A stretch of DNA of 64,000 nucleotides from Auanema rhodensis (taxonomy: Eukaryota > Animalia > Nematoda): contig OZ059896.1 of NCBI GenBank assembly GCA_964057225.1, positions 1,364,001 to 1,428,000 of the forward strand, in the 5' to 3' direction. A program made the position numbers and the translations under genes. The notes under the pieces are model-generated. The model had not been told where the DNA came from and searched no databases. It worked only from the letters and a program-made list of their open reading frames with translations. Shown here one piece after another: positions 37,296 through 51,200 of the stretch (position 1 is its first letter; each line of letters opens with the position of its first letter).

Positions 37296-40200
37296 TTTCT
37301 CAAGGCAAAAACGATGGACAATGTTATTCAACGAAAAAATTAATTCTTCAGGGTGAAAATCGAGGATATATGTGTGAACTTATATCAGTTGATATCTCGG
37401 TGCATTTTTAAGCTAGCGCAAATCTGATAGTACACATCGACGCAGCTTAATAATCCGCATCGAATGCACTATACTACATTGAGAAACGCTTAATACAAAA
37501 ATAAGTTATGATCGTTTGAAAAATGATGCATTAGTGTATGTTGAGTTTCCATGTACACTCAAAATTGCTTCCAAAAACATTTTGACAAAAATTTTTTCAA
37601 AAAATTTCAAAATAATTTAGCGAAAAGTAGATGTTTTTAGATTCCTTTTTTCAAGGCAAAAACGATGGACAATGTTATTCAACGAAAAAATTAATTCTTC
37701 AGGGTGAAAATCGAGGATATAGGTGTGAACTTATATCAGTTGATATCTCGGTGCATTTTTAAGCTAGCGCAAATCTGATAGTACAGATCGACGCAGCTTA
37801 ATAATCCGCATCGAATGCACTATACTACATTGAGAAACGCTTAATACAAAAATTAGTTATGATCTTTTGAAAAATGATGCATTAGTGTATGTTGAGTTTC
37901 CATGTACACTCAAAATTGCTTCCAAAAACATTTTGACAAAAATTTTTTCAAAAAATTTCAAAATAATTTAGCGAAAAGTAGATGTTTTTAGATTCCTTTT
38001 TTCAAGGCAAAAACGATGGACATTGTTATTCAACGAAAAAATTAATTCTTCAGGGTGAAAATCGAGGATATAGGTGTGAACTTATATCAGTTGATATCTC
38101 GGTGCATTTTTAAGCTAGCGCAAATCTGATAGTACAGATCGACGCAGCTTAATAATCCGCATCGAATGCACTATACTACATTGAGAAACGCTTAATACAA
38201 AAATAAGTTATGATCGTTTGAAAAATGATGCATTAGTGTATGTTGAGTTTCCATGTACACTCAAAATTGCTTCCAAAAACATTTTGACAAAAATTTTTTC
38301 AAAAAATTTCAAAATAATTTAGCGAAAAGTAGATGTTTTTAGATTCCTTTTTTCAAGGCAAAAACGATGGACAATGTTATTCAACGAAAAAATTAATTCT
38401 TCAGGGTGAAAATCGAGGATATAGGTGTGAACTTATATCAGTTGATATCTCGGTGCATTTTTAAGCTAGCGCAAATCTGATAGTACAGATCGACGCAGCT
38501 TAATAATCCGCATCGAATGCACTATACTACATTGAGAAACGCTTAATACAAAAATTAGTTATGATCTTTTGAAAAATGATGCATTAGTGTATGTTGAGTT
38601 TCCATGTACACTCAAAATTGCTTCCAAAAACATTTTGACAAAAATTTTTTCAAAAAATTTCAAAATAATTTAGCGAAAAGTAGATGTTTTTAGATTCCTT
38701 TTTTCAAGGCAAAAACGATGGAGAATGTTATTCAACGAAAAAATTAATTCTTCAGGGTGAAAATCGAGGATATAGGTGTGAACTTATATCAGTTGATATC
38801 TCGGTGCATTTTCAAGCTAGCGCAAATCTGATAGTACAGATCGACGCAGCTTAAAAATCCGCATCGAATGCACTATACTACATTGAGAAACGCTTAATAC
38901 AAAAATTAGTTATGATCGTTTGAAAAATGATGCATTAGTGTATGTTGAGTTTCCATGTACACTCAAAATTGCTTCCAAAAACATTTTGACAAAAATTTTT
39001 TCGAAAAATTTCAAAATAATTTAGCGAAAAGTAGATGTTTTTAGATTCCTTTTTTTGAGGCAAAAACGATGGACAATGTTATTCAACGAAAAAATTAATT
39101 CTTCAGGGTGAAAATCGAGGATATAAGTGTGAACTTATATCAGTTGATATCTCGGTGCATTTTTAAGCTAGCGGAAATTTGATAACACAGATCGACGCAG
39201 CTTAAAAATCCGCATCGAGTGCACTATACTACATTAAGAAAAGCTTAATACAAAAATTAGTTATGATCGTTTGAAAAATGATGCATTAGTGTATGTTGAG
39301 TTTCCATGTACACTCAACATTGCTTCCAAAAACATTTTGACAAAAATTTTTTCGAAAAATTTCAAAATAATTTAGCAAAAGTAGATGTTTTTAGATTCCT
39401 TTTTTCGAGGCAAAAACGATGGACAATGTTATTCAACGAAAAAATTAATTCTTCAGGGTGAAAATCGAGGATATAAGTGTGAACTTATATCAGTTGATAT
39501 CTCGGTGCATTTTCAAGCTAGCGCAAATCTGATAGTACAGATCGACGCAGCTTAAAAATCCGCATCGAATGCACTATACTACATTGAGAAACGCTTAATA
39601 CAAAAATTAGTTATGATCGTTTGAAAAATGATGCATTAGTGTATGTTGAGTTTCCATGTACACTCAAAATTGCTTCCAAAAACATTTTGACAAAAATTTT
39701 TTCAAAAAATTTCAAAATAATTTAGCGAAAAGTAGATGTTTTTAGATTCCTTTTTTCAAGGCAAAAACGATGGACAATGTTATTCAACGAAAAAATTAAT
39801 TCTTCAGGGTGAAAATCGAGGATATATGTGTGAACTTATATCAGTTGATATCTCGGTGCATTTTTAAGCTAGCGCAAATCTGATAGTACAGATCGACGCA
39901 GCTTAATAATCCGCATCGAATGCACTATACTACATTGAGAAACGCTTAATACAAAAATAAGTTATGATCGTTTGAAAAATGATGCATTAGTGTATGTTGA
40001 GTTTCCATGTACACTCAAAATTGCTTCCAAAAACATTTTGACAAAAATTTTTTCAAAAAATTTCAAAATAATTTAGCGAAAAGTAGATGTTTTTAGATTC
40101 CTTTTTTCAAGGCAAAAACGATGGACAATGTTATTCAACGAAAAAATTAATTCTTCAGGGTGAAAATCGAGGATATAGGTGTGAACTTATATCAGTTGAT

Positions 40201-43200
40201 ATCTCGGTGCATTTTTAAGCTAGCGCAAATCTGATAGTACAGATCGACGCAGCTTAAAAATCCGCATCGAATGCACTATACTACATTGAGAAACGCTTAA
40301 TACAAAAATAAGTTATGATCGTTTGAAAAATGATGCATTAGTGTATGTTGAGTTTCCATGTACACTCAAAATTGCTTCCAAAAACATTTTGACAAAAATT
40401 TTTTCGAAAAATTTCAAAATAATTTAGCAAAAAGTAGATGTTTTTAGATTCCTTTTTTCAAGGCAAAAACGATGGACAATGTTATTCAACGAAAAAATTA
40501 ATTCTTCAGGGTGAAAATAGAGGATATAGGTGTGAACTTATATCAGTTGATATCTCGGTGCATTTTCAAGCTAGCGCAAATCTGATAGTACAGATCGACG
40601 AAGCTTAAAAATCCGCATCGAATGCACTATACTACATTGAGAAACGCTTAATACAAAAATTAGTTATGATCGTTTGAAAAATGATGCATTAGTGTATGTT
40701 GAGTTTCCATGTACACTCCAAATTGCTTCCAAAAACATTTTGACAAAAATTTTTTCGAAAAATTTCAAAATAATTTAGCGAAAAGTAGATGTTTTTAGAT
40801 TCCTTTTTTCGAGGCAAAAACGATGGACAATGTTATTCAACGAAAAAATTAATTCTTCGGGGTGAAAATCGAGGATATAAGTGTGAACTTATATCAGTTG
40901 ATATCTCGGTGCATTTTCAAGCTAGCGCAAATCTGATAGTACAGATCGACGCAGCTTAAAAATCCGCATCGAATGCACTATACTACATTGAGAAACGCTT
41001 AATACAAAAATTAGTTATGATCGTTTGAAAAATGATGCATTAGTGTATGTTGAGTTTCCATGTACACTCAAAATTGCTTCCAAAAACATTTTGACAAAAA
41101 TTTTTTCGAAAAATTTCAAAATAATTTAGCAAAAAGTAGATGTTTTTAGATTCCTTTTTTCGAGGCAAAAACGATGGACAATGTTATTCAACGAAAAAAT
41201 TAATTCTTCAGGGTGAAAATCGAGGATATAAGTGTGAACTTATATCAGTTGATATCTCGGTGCATTTTCGAGCTAGCGCAAATCTGATAGTACAGATCGA
41301 CGCAGCTTAAAAATCCGCATCGAATGCACTATACTAAATTGAGAAACGCTTAATACAAAAATTAGTTATGATCGTTTGAAAAATGATGCATTAGTGTATG
41401 TTGAGTTTCCATGTACACTCAACATTGCTTCCAAAAACATTTTGACAAAAATTTTTTCGAAAATTTCAAAATAATTTAGCAAAAAGTAGATGTTTTTAGA
41501 TTCCTTTTTTCAAGGCAAAAACGATGGACAATGTTATTCAACGAAAAAATTAATTCTTCAGGGTGAAAATCGAGGATATAGGTGTGAACTTATATCAGTT
41601 GATATCTCGGTGCATTTTCAAGCCAGCGCAAATCTGATAGTACAGATCGACGCAGCTTAAAAATCCGCATCGAATGCACTATACTACATTAAGAAACGCT
41701 TAATACAAAAATTAGTTATGATCGTTTGAAAAATGATGCATTAGTGTATGTTGAGTTTCCATGTACACTCCAAATTGCTTCCAAAAACATTTTGACAAAA
41801 ATTTTTTCGAAAAATTTCAAAATAATTTAGCGAAAAGTAGATGTTTTTAGATTCCTTTTTTCGAGGCAAAAACGATGGACAATGTTATTCAACGAAAAAA
41901 TTAATTATTCAGGGTGAAAATCGAGGATATAAGTGTGAACTTATATCAGTTGATATCTCGGTGCATTTTTAAGCTAGCGGAAATTTGATAGTACAGATCG
42001 ACGCAGCTTAAAAATCCGCATCGAATGCACTATACTACATTGAGAAACGCTTAATACAAAAATTAGTTATGATCGTTTGAAAAATGATGCATTAGTGTAT
42101 GTTGAGTTTCCATGTACACTCAACATTGCTTCCAAAAACATTTTGACAAAAATTTTTTCGAAAATTTCAAAATAATTTAGCAAAAAGTAGATGTTTTTAG
42201 ATTCCTTTTTTCAAGGCAAAAACGATGGACAATGTTATTCAACGAAAAAATTAATTCTTCAGGGTGAAAATCGAGGATATAGGTGTGAACTTATATCAGT
42301 TGATATCTCGGTGCATTTTCAAGCCAGCGCAAATCTGATAGTACAGATCGACGCAGCTTAAAAATCCGCATCGAATGCACTATACTACATTAAGAAACGC
42401 TTAATACAAAAATTAGTTATGATCGTTTGAAAAATGATGCATTAGTGTATGTTGAGTTTCCATGTACACTCCAAATTGCTTCCAAAAACATTTTGACAAA
42501 AATTTTTTCGAAAAATTTCAAAATAATTTAGCGAAAAGTAGATGTTTTTAGATTCCTTTTTTCGAGGCAAAAACGATGGACAATGTTATTCAACGAAAAA
42601 ATTAATTATTCAGGGTGAAAATCGAGGATATAAGTGTGAACTTATATCAGTTGATATCTCGGTGCATTTTTAAGCTAGCGGAAATTTGATAGTACAGATC
42701 GACGCAGCTTAAAAATCCGCATCGAATGCACTATACTACATTGAGAAACGCTTAATACAAAAATTAGTTATGATCGTTTGAAAAATGATGCATTAGTGTA
42801 TGTTGAGTTTCCATGTACACTCAAAATTGCTTCCAAAAACATTTTGACAAAAATTTTTTCGAAAAATTTCAAAATAATTTAGCGAAAAGTAGATGTTTTT
42901 AGATTCCTTTTTTCAAGGCAAAAACGATGGACAATGTTATTCAACAAAAAAATTAATTCTTCAGGGTGAAAATCGAGGATATAGGTGTGAACTTATATCA
43001 GTTGATATCTCGGTGCATTTTTAAGCTAGCGCAAATCTGATAGTACAGATCGACGCAGCTTAATATTCCGCATCGAATGCACTATACTACATTGAGAAAC
43101 GCTTAATACAAAAATTAGTTATGATCTTTTGAAAAATGATGCATTAGTGTATGTTGAGTTTCCATGTACACTCAAAATTGCTTCCAAAAACATTTTGACA

Positions 43201-45284
43201 AAAATTTTTTCGAAAAATTTCAAAATAATTTAGCAAAAAGTAGATGTTTTTAGATTCCTTTTTTCGAGGCAAAAACGATGGACAATGTTATTCAACGAAA
43301 AAATTAATTCTTCAGGGTGAAAATCGAGGATATAAGTGTGAACTTATATCAGTTCATATCTCGGTGCATTTTCAAGCTAGCGCAAATCTGATAGTACAGA
43401 TCGACGCAGCTTAAAAATCCGCATCGAATGCACTATACTACATTGAGAAACGCTTAATACAAAAATAAGTTATGATCGTTTGAAAAATGATGCATTAGTG
43501 TATGTTGAGTTTCCATGTACACTCAAAATTGCTTCCAAAAACATTTTGACAAAAATTTTTTCGAAAAATTTCAAAATAATTTAGCGAAAAGTAGATGTTT
43601 TTAGATTCCTTTTTTCAAGGCAAAAACGAAGGACAATGTAATTCAACGAAAAAATTAATTCTTCAGGGTGAAAATCGAGGATATAGGTGTGAACTTATAT
43701 CAGTTGATATCTCGGTGCATTTTCAAGCCAGCGCAAATCTGATAGTACAGATCGACGCAGCTTAAAAATCCGCATCGAATGCACTATACTACATTGAGAA
43801 ACGCTTAATACAAAAATTAGTTATGATCGTTTGAAAAATGATGCATTAGTGTATGTTGAGTTTCCATGTACACTCCAAATTGCTTCCAAAAACATTTTGA
43901 CAAAAATTTTTTCGAAAAATTTCAAAATAATTTAGCGAAAAGTAGATGTTTTTAGATTCCTTTTTTCGAGGCAAAAACGATGGACAATGTTATTCAACGA
44001 AAAAATTAATTCTTCAGGGTGAAAATCGAGGATATAAGTGTGAACTTATATCAGTTGATATCTCGGTGCATTTTTAAGCTAGCGGAAATTTGATAACACA
44101 GATCGACGCAGCTTAAAAATCCGCATCGAATGCACTATACTACATTGAGAAACGCTTAATACAAAAATTAGTTATGATCGTTTGAAAAATGATGCATTAG
44201 TGTATGTTGAGTTTCCATGTACACTCAAAATTGCTTCCAAAAACATTTTGACAAAAATTTTTTCGAAAAATTTCAAAATAATTTAGCGAAAAGTAGATGT
44301 TTTTAGATTCCTTTTTTCAAGGCAAAAACGATGGACAATGTTATTCAACAAAAAAATTAATTCTTCAGGGTGAAAATCGAGGATATAGGTGTGAACTTAT
44401 ATCAGTTGATATCTCGGTGCATTTTTAAGCTAGCGCAAATCTGATAGTACAGATCGACGCAGCTTAATAATCCGCATCGAATGCACTATACTACATTGAG
44501 AAACGCTTAATACAAAAATTAGTTATGATCTTTTGAAAAATGATGCATTAGTGTATGTTGAGTTTCCATGTACACTCAAAATTGCTTCCAAAAACATTTT
44601 GACAAAAATTTTTTCGAAAAATTTCAAAATAATTTAGCAAAAAGTAGATGTTTTTAGATTCCTTTTTTCGAGGCAAAAACGATGGACAATGTTATTCAAC
44701 GAAAAAATTAATTCTTCAGGGTGAAAATCGAGGATATAAGTGTGAACTTATATCAGTTCATATCTCGGTGCATTTTCAAGCTAGCGCAAATCTGATAGTA
44801 CAGATCGACGCAGCTTAAAAATCCGCATCGAATGCACTATACTACATTGAGAAACGCTTAATACAAAAATAAGTTATGATCGTTTGAAAAATGATGCATT
44901 AGTGTATGTTGAGTTTCCATGTACACTCAAAATTGCTTCCAAAAACATTTTGACAAAAATTTTTTCGAAAAATTTCAAAATAATTTAGCGAAAAGTAGAT
45001 GTTTTTAGATTCCTTTTTTCAAGGCAAAAACGAAGGACAATGTAATTCAACGAAAAAATTAATTCTTCAGAGTGAAAATCGAGGATATAGGTGTGAACTT
45101 ATATCAGTTGATATCTCGGTGCATTTTCAAGCCAGCGCAAATCTGATAGTACAGATCGACGCAGCTTAAAAATCCGCATCGAATGCACTATACTACATTG
45201 AGAAACGCTTAATACAAAAATTAGTTATGATCGTTTGAAAAATGATGCATTAGTGTATGTTGAGTTTCCATGTACACTCCAAAT

Positions 45285-48200
45285 TGCTTCCAAAAACATT
45301 TTGACAAAAATTTTTTCGAAAAATTTCAAAATAATTTAGCGAAAAGTAGATGTTTTTAGATTCCTTTTTTCGAGGCAAAAACGATGGACAATGTTATTCA
45401 ACGAAAAAATTAATTCTTCAGGGTGAAAATCGAGGATATAAGTGTGAACTTATATCAGTTGATATCTCGGTGCATTTTTAAGCTAGCGGAAATTTGATAA
45501 CACAGATCGACGCAGCTTAAAAATCCGCATCGAATGCACTATACTACATTGAGAAACGCTTAATACAAAAATTAGTTATGATCGTTTGAAAAATGATGCA
45601 TTAGTGTATGTTGAGTTTCCATGTACACTCAACATTGCTTCCAAAAACATTTTGACAAAAATTTTTTCGAAAAATTTCAAAATAATTTAGCGAAAAGTAG
45701 ATGTTTTTAGATTCCTTTTTTCAAGGCGAAAACGATGGACAATGTTATTCAACGAAAAAATTAATTCTTCAGGGTGAAAATCGAGGATATAAGTGTGAAC
45801 TTATATCAGTTGATATCTCGGTGCATTTTCAAGCTAGCGCAAATCTGATAGTACAGATCGACGCAGCTTAAAAATCCGCATCGAATGCACTATACTACAT
45901 TGAGAAACGCTTAATACAAAAATTAGTTATGATCGTTTGAAAAATGATGCATTAGTGTATGTTGAGTTTCCATGTACACTCAAAATTGCTTCCAAAAACA
46001 TTTTGACAAAAATTTTTTCAAAAAATTTCAAATCAATTTAGCGAAAAGTAGATGTTTTTAGATTCCTTTTTTCAAGGCAAAAACGAAGGACAATGTAATT
46101 CAACGAAAAAATTAATTCTTCAGGGTGAAAATCGAGGATATAAGTGTGAACTTATATCAGTTCATATCTCGGTGCATTTTCAAGCTAGCGCAAATCTGAT
46201 AGTACAGATCGACGCAGCTTAAAAATCCGCATCGAATGCACTATACTAAATTGAGAAACGCTTAATACAAAAATTAGTTATGATCGTTTGAAAAATGATG
46301 CATTAGTGTATGTTGAGTTTCCATGTACACTCAAAATTGCTTCCAAAAACATTTTGACAAAAATTTTTTCGAAAAATTTCAAAATAATTTAGCGAAAAGT
46401 AGATGTTTTTAGATTCCTTTTTTCAAGGCAAAAACGAAGGACAATGTAATTCAACGAAAAAATTAATTCTTCAGGGTGAAAATCGAGGATATAAGTGTGA
46501 ACTTATATCAGTTCATATCTCGGTGCATTTTCAAGCTAGCGCAAATCTGATAGTACAGATCGACGCAGCTTAAAAATCCGCATCGAATGCACTATACTAA
46601 ATTGAGAAACGCTTAATACAAAAATTAGTTATGATCGTTTGAAAAATGACGCATTAGTGTATGTTGAGTTTCCATGTACACTCAAAATTGCTTCCAAAAA
46701 CATTTTGACAAAAATTTTTTCGAAAAATTTCAAAATAATTTAGCGAAAAGTAGATGTTTTTAGATTCCTTTTTTTGAGGCAAAAACGAAGGACAATGTAA
46801 TTCAACGAAAAAATTAATTCTTCAGGGTGAAAATCGAGGATATAGGTGTGAACTTATATCAGTTGATATCTCGGTGCATTTTCAAGCTAGCGCAAATCTG
46901 ATAGTACAGATCGACGCAGCTTAAAAATCCGCATCGAATGCACTATACTACATTGAGAAACGCTTAATACAAAATTTAGTTATGATCGTTTGAAAAATGA
47001 TGCATTAGTGTATGTTGAGTTTCCATGTACACTCAAAATTGCTTCCAAAAACATTTTGACAAAAATTTTTTCGAAAAATTTCAAAATAATTTAGCGAAAA
47101 GTGGATGTTTTTAGATTCTTTTTTTTTAGGCAAAAACGAAGGACAATGTAATTCAACGAAAAAATTAATTCTTCAGGGTGAAAATCGAGGATATAGGTGT
47201 GAACTTATATCAGTTGATATCTCGGTGCATTTTCAAGCTAGCGCAAATCTGATAGTACAGATCGACGCAGCTTAAAAATCCGCATCGAATGCACTATACT
47301 ACATTGAGAAACGCTTAATACAAAATTTAGTTATGATCGTTTGAAAAATGATGCATTAGTGTATGTTGAGTTTCCATGTACACTCAACATTGCTTCCAAA
47401 AACATTTTGACAAAAATTTTTTCGAAAAATTTCAAAATAATTTAGCGAAAAGTAGATGTTTTTAGATTCCTTTTTTCGAGGCAAAAACGATGGACAATGT
47501 TATTCAACGAAAAAATTAATTCTTCAGGGTGAAAATCGAGGATATAAGTGTGAACTTATATCAGTTGATATCTCGGTGCATTTTCAAGCTAGCGCAAATC
47601 TGATAGTACAGATCGACGCAGCTTAAAAATCCGCATCGAATGCACTATACTACATTGAGAAACGCTTAATAAAAAATTTAGTTATGATCGTTTGAAAAAT
47701 GATGCATTAGTGTATGTTGAGTTTCCATGTACACTCAACATTGCTTCCAAAAACATTTTGACAAAAATTTTTTCAAAAAATTTCAAAATAATTTAGCGAA
47801 AAGTAGATGTTTTTAGATTCCTTTTTTCAAGGCAAAAACGAAGGACAATGTAATTCAACGAAAAAATTAATTCTTCAGGGTGAAAATCGAGGATATAAGT
47901 GTGAACTTATATCAGTTGATATCTCGGTGCATTTTTAAGCTAGCGGAAATTTGATAACACAGATCGACGCAGCTTAAAAATCCGCATCGAATGCACTATA
48001 CTACATTGAGAAACGCTTAATACAAAAATTAGTTATGATCGTTTGAAAAATGATGCATTAGTGTATGTTGAGTTTCCATGTACACTCAACATTGCTTCCA
48101 AAAACATTTTGACAAAAATTTTTTCGAAAAATTTCAAAATAATTTAGCGAAAAGTAGATGTTTTTAGATTCCTTTTTTCGAGGCGAAAACGATGGACAAT

Positions 48201-51200
48201 GTTATTCAACGAAAAAATTAATTCTTCAGGGTGAAAATCGAGGATATAAGTGTGAACTTATATCAGTTGATATCTCGGTGCATTTTCAAGCTAGCGCAAA
48301 TCTGATAGTACAGATCGACGCAGCTTAAAAATCCGCATCGAATGCACTATACTACATTGAGAAACGCTTAATACAAAAATTAGTTATGATCGTTTGAAAA
48401 ATGATGCATTAGTGTATGTTGAGTTTCCATGTACACTCAAAATTGCTTCCAAAAACATTTTGACAAAAATTTTTTCAAAAAATTTCAAAATAATTTAGCG
48501 AAAAGTAGATGTTTTTAGATTCCTTTTTTCAAGGCAAAAACGATGGACAATGTTATTCAACGAAAAAATTAATTCTTCAGGGTGAAAATCGAGGATATAG
48601 GTGTGAACTTATATCAGTTGATATCTCGGTGCATTTTCAAGCTAGCGCAAATCTGATAGTACAGATCGACGCAGCTTAAAAATCCGCATCGAATGCACTA
48701 TACTACATTGAGAAACGCTTAATACAAAATTTAGTTATGATCGTTTGAAAAATGATGCATTAGTGTATGTTGAGTTTCCATGTACACTCAACATTGCTTC
48801 CAAAAACATTTTGACAAAAATTTTTTCGAAAAATTTCAAAATAATTTAGCGAAAAGTAGATGTTTTTAGATTCCTTTTTTCAAGGCAAAAACGAAGGACA
48901 ATGTAATTCAACGAAAAAATTAATTCTTCAGGGTGAAAATCGAGGATATAAGTGTGAACTTATATCAGTTCATATCTCGGTGCATTTTCAAGCTAGCGCA
49001 AATCTGATAGTACAGATCGACGCAGCTTAAAAATCCGCATCGAATGCACTATACTAAATTGAGAAACGCTTAATACAAAAATTAGTTATGATCGTTTGAA
49101 AAATGATGCATTAGTGTATGTTGAGTTTCCATGTACACTCAAAATTGCTTCCAAAAACATTTTGACAAAAATTTTTTCGAAAAATTTCAAAATAATTTAG
49201 CGAAAAGTAGATGTTTTTAGATTCCTTTTTTTGAGGCAAAAACGAAGGACAATGTAATTCAACGAAAAAATTAATTCTTCAGGGTGAAAATCGAGGATAT
49301 AGGTGTGAACTTATATCAGTTGATATCTCGGTGCATTTTCAAGCTAGCGCAAATCTGATAGTACAGATCGACGCAGCTTAAAAATCCGCATCGAATGCAC
49401 TATACTACATTGAGAAACGCTTAATACAAAATTTAGTTATGATCGTTTGAAAAATGATGCATTAGTGTATGTTGAGTTTCCATGTACACTCAAAATTGCT
49501 TCCAAAAACATTTTGACAAAAATTTTTTCGAAAAATTTCAAAATAATTTAGCGAAAAGTGGATGTTTTTAGATTCCTTTTTTTGAGGCAAAAACGAAGGA
49601 CAATGTAATTCAACGAAAAAATTAATTCTTCAGGGTGAAAATCGAGGATATAGGTGTGAACTTATATCAGTTGATATCTCGGTGCATTTTCAAGCTAGCG
49701 CAAATCTGAAAGTACAGATCGACGCAGCTTAAAAATCCGCATCGAATGCACTATACTACATTGAGAAACGCTTAATACAAAATTTAGTTATGATCGTTTG
49801 AAAAATGATGCATTAGTGTATGTTGAGTTTCCATGTACACTCAACATTGCTTCCAAAAACATTTTGACAAAAATTTTTTCGAAAAATTTCAAAATAATTT
49901 AGCGAAAAGTAGATGTTTTTAGATTCCTTTTTTCGAGGCAAAAACGATGGACAATGTTATTCAACGAAAAAATTAATTCTTCAGGGTGAAAATCGAGGAT
50001 ATAAGTGTGAACTTATATCAGTTGATATCTCGGTGCATTTTCAAGCTAGCGCAAATCTGATAGTACAGATCGACGCAGCTTAAAAATCCGCATCGAATGC
50101 ACTATACTACATTGAGAAACGCTTAATACAAAATTTAGTTATGATCGTTTGAAAAATGATGCATTAGTGTATGTTGAGTTTCCATGTACACTCAACATTG
50201 CTTCCAAAAACATTTTGACAAAAATTTTTTCAAAAAATTTCAAAATAATTTAGCGAAAAGTAGATGTTTTTAGATTCCTTTTTTCAAGGCAAAAACGAAG
50301 GACAATGTAATTCAACGAAAAAATTAATTCTTCAGGGTGAAAATCGAGGATATAAGTGTGAACTTATATCAGTTGATATCTCGGTGCATTTTCAAGCTAG
50401 CGCAAATCTGATAGTACAGATCGACGCAGCTTAAAAATCCGCATCGAATGCACTATACTACATTGAGAAACGCTTAATACAAAATTTAGTTATGATCGTT
50501 TGAAAAATGATGCATTAGTGTATGTTGAGTTTCCATGTACACTCAAAATTGCTTCCAAAAACATTTTGACAAAAATTTTTTCGAAAAATTTCAAAATAAT
50601 TTAGCGAAAAGTAGATGTTTTTAGATTCCTTTTTTCAAGGCAAAAACGATGGACAATGTTATTCAACGAAAAAATTAATTCTTCAGGGTGAAAATCGAGG
50701 ATATAGGTGTGAACTTATATCAGTTGATATCTCGGTGCATTTTCAAGCTAGCGCAAATCTGATAGTACAGATCGACGCAGCTTAAAAATCCGCATCGAAT
50801 GCACTATACTACATTGAGAAACGCTTAATACAAAATTTAGTTATGATCGTTTGAAAAATGATGCATTAGTGTATGTTGAGTTTCCATGTACACTCAACAT
50901 TGCTTCCAAAAACATTTTGACAAAAATTTTTTCGAAAAATTTCAAAATAATTTAGCGAAAAGTAGATGTTTTTAGATTCCTTTTTTCAAGGCAAAAACGA
51001 AGGACAATGTAATTCAACGAAAAAATTAATTCTTCAGGGTGAAAATCGAGGATATAAGTGTGAACTTATATCAGTTCATATCTCGGTGCATTTTCAAGCT
51101 AGCGCAAATCTGATAGTACAGATCGACGCAGCTTAAAAATCCGCATCGAATGCACTATACTAAATTGAGAAACGCTTAATACAAAAATTAGTTATGATCG

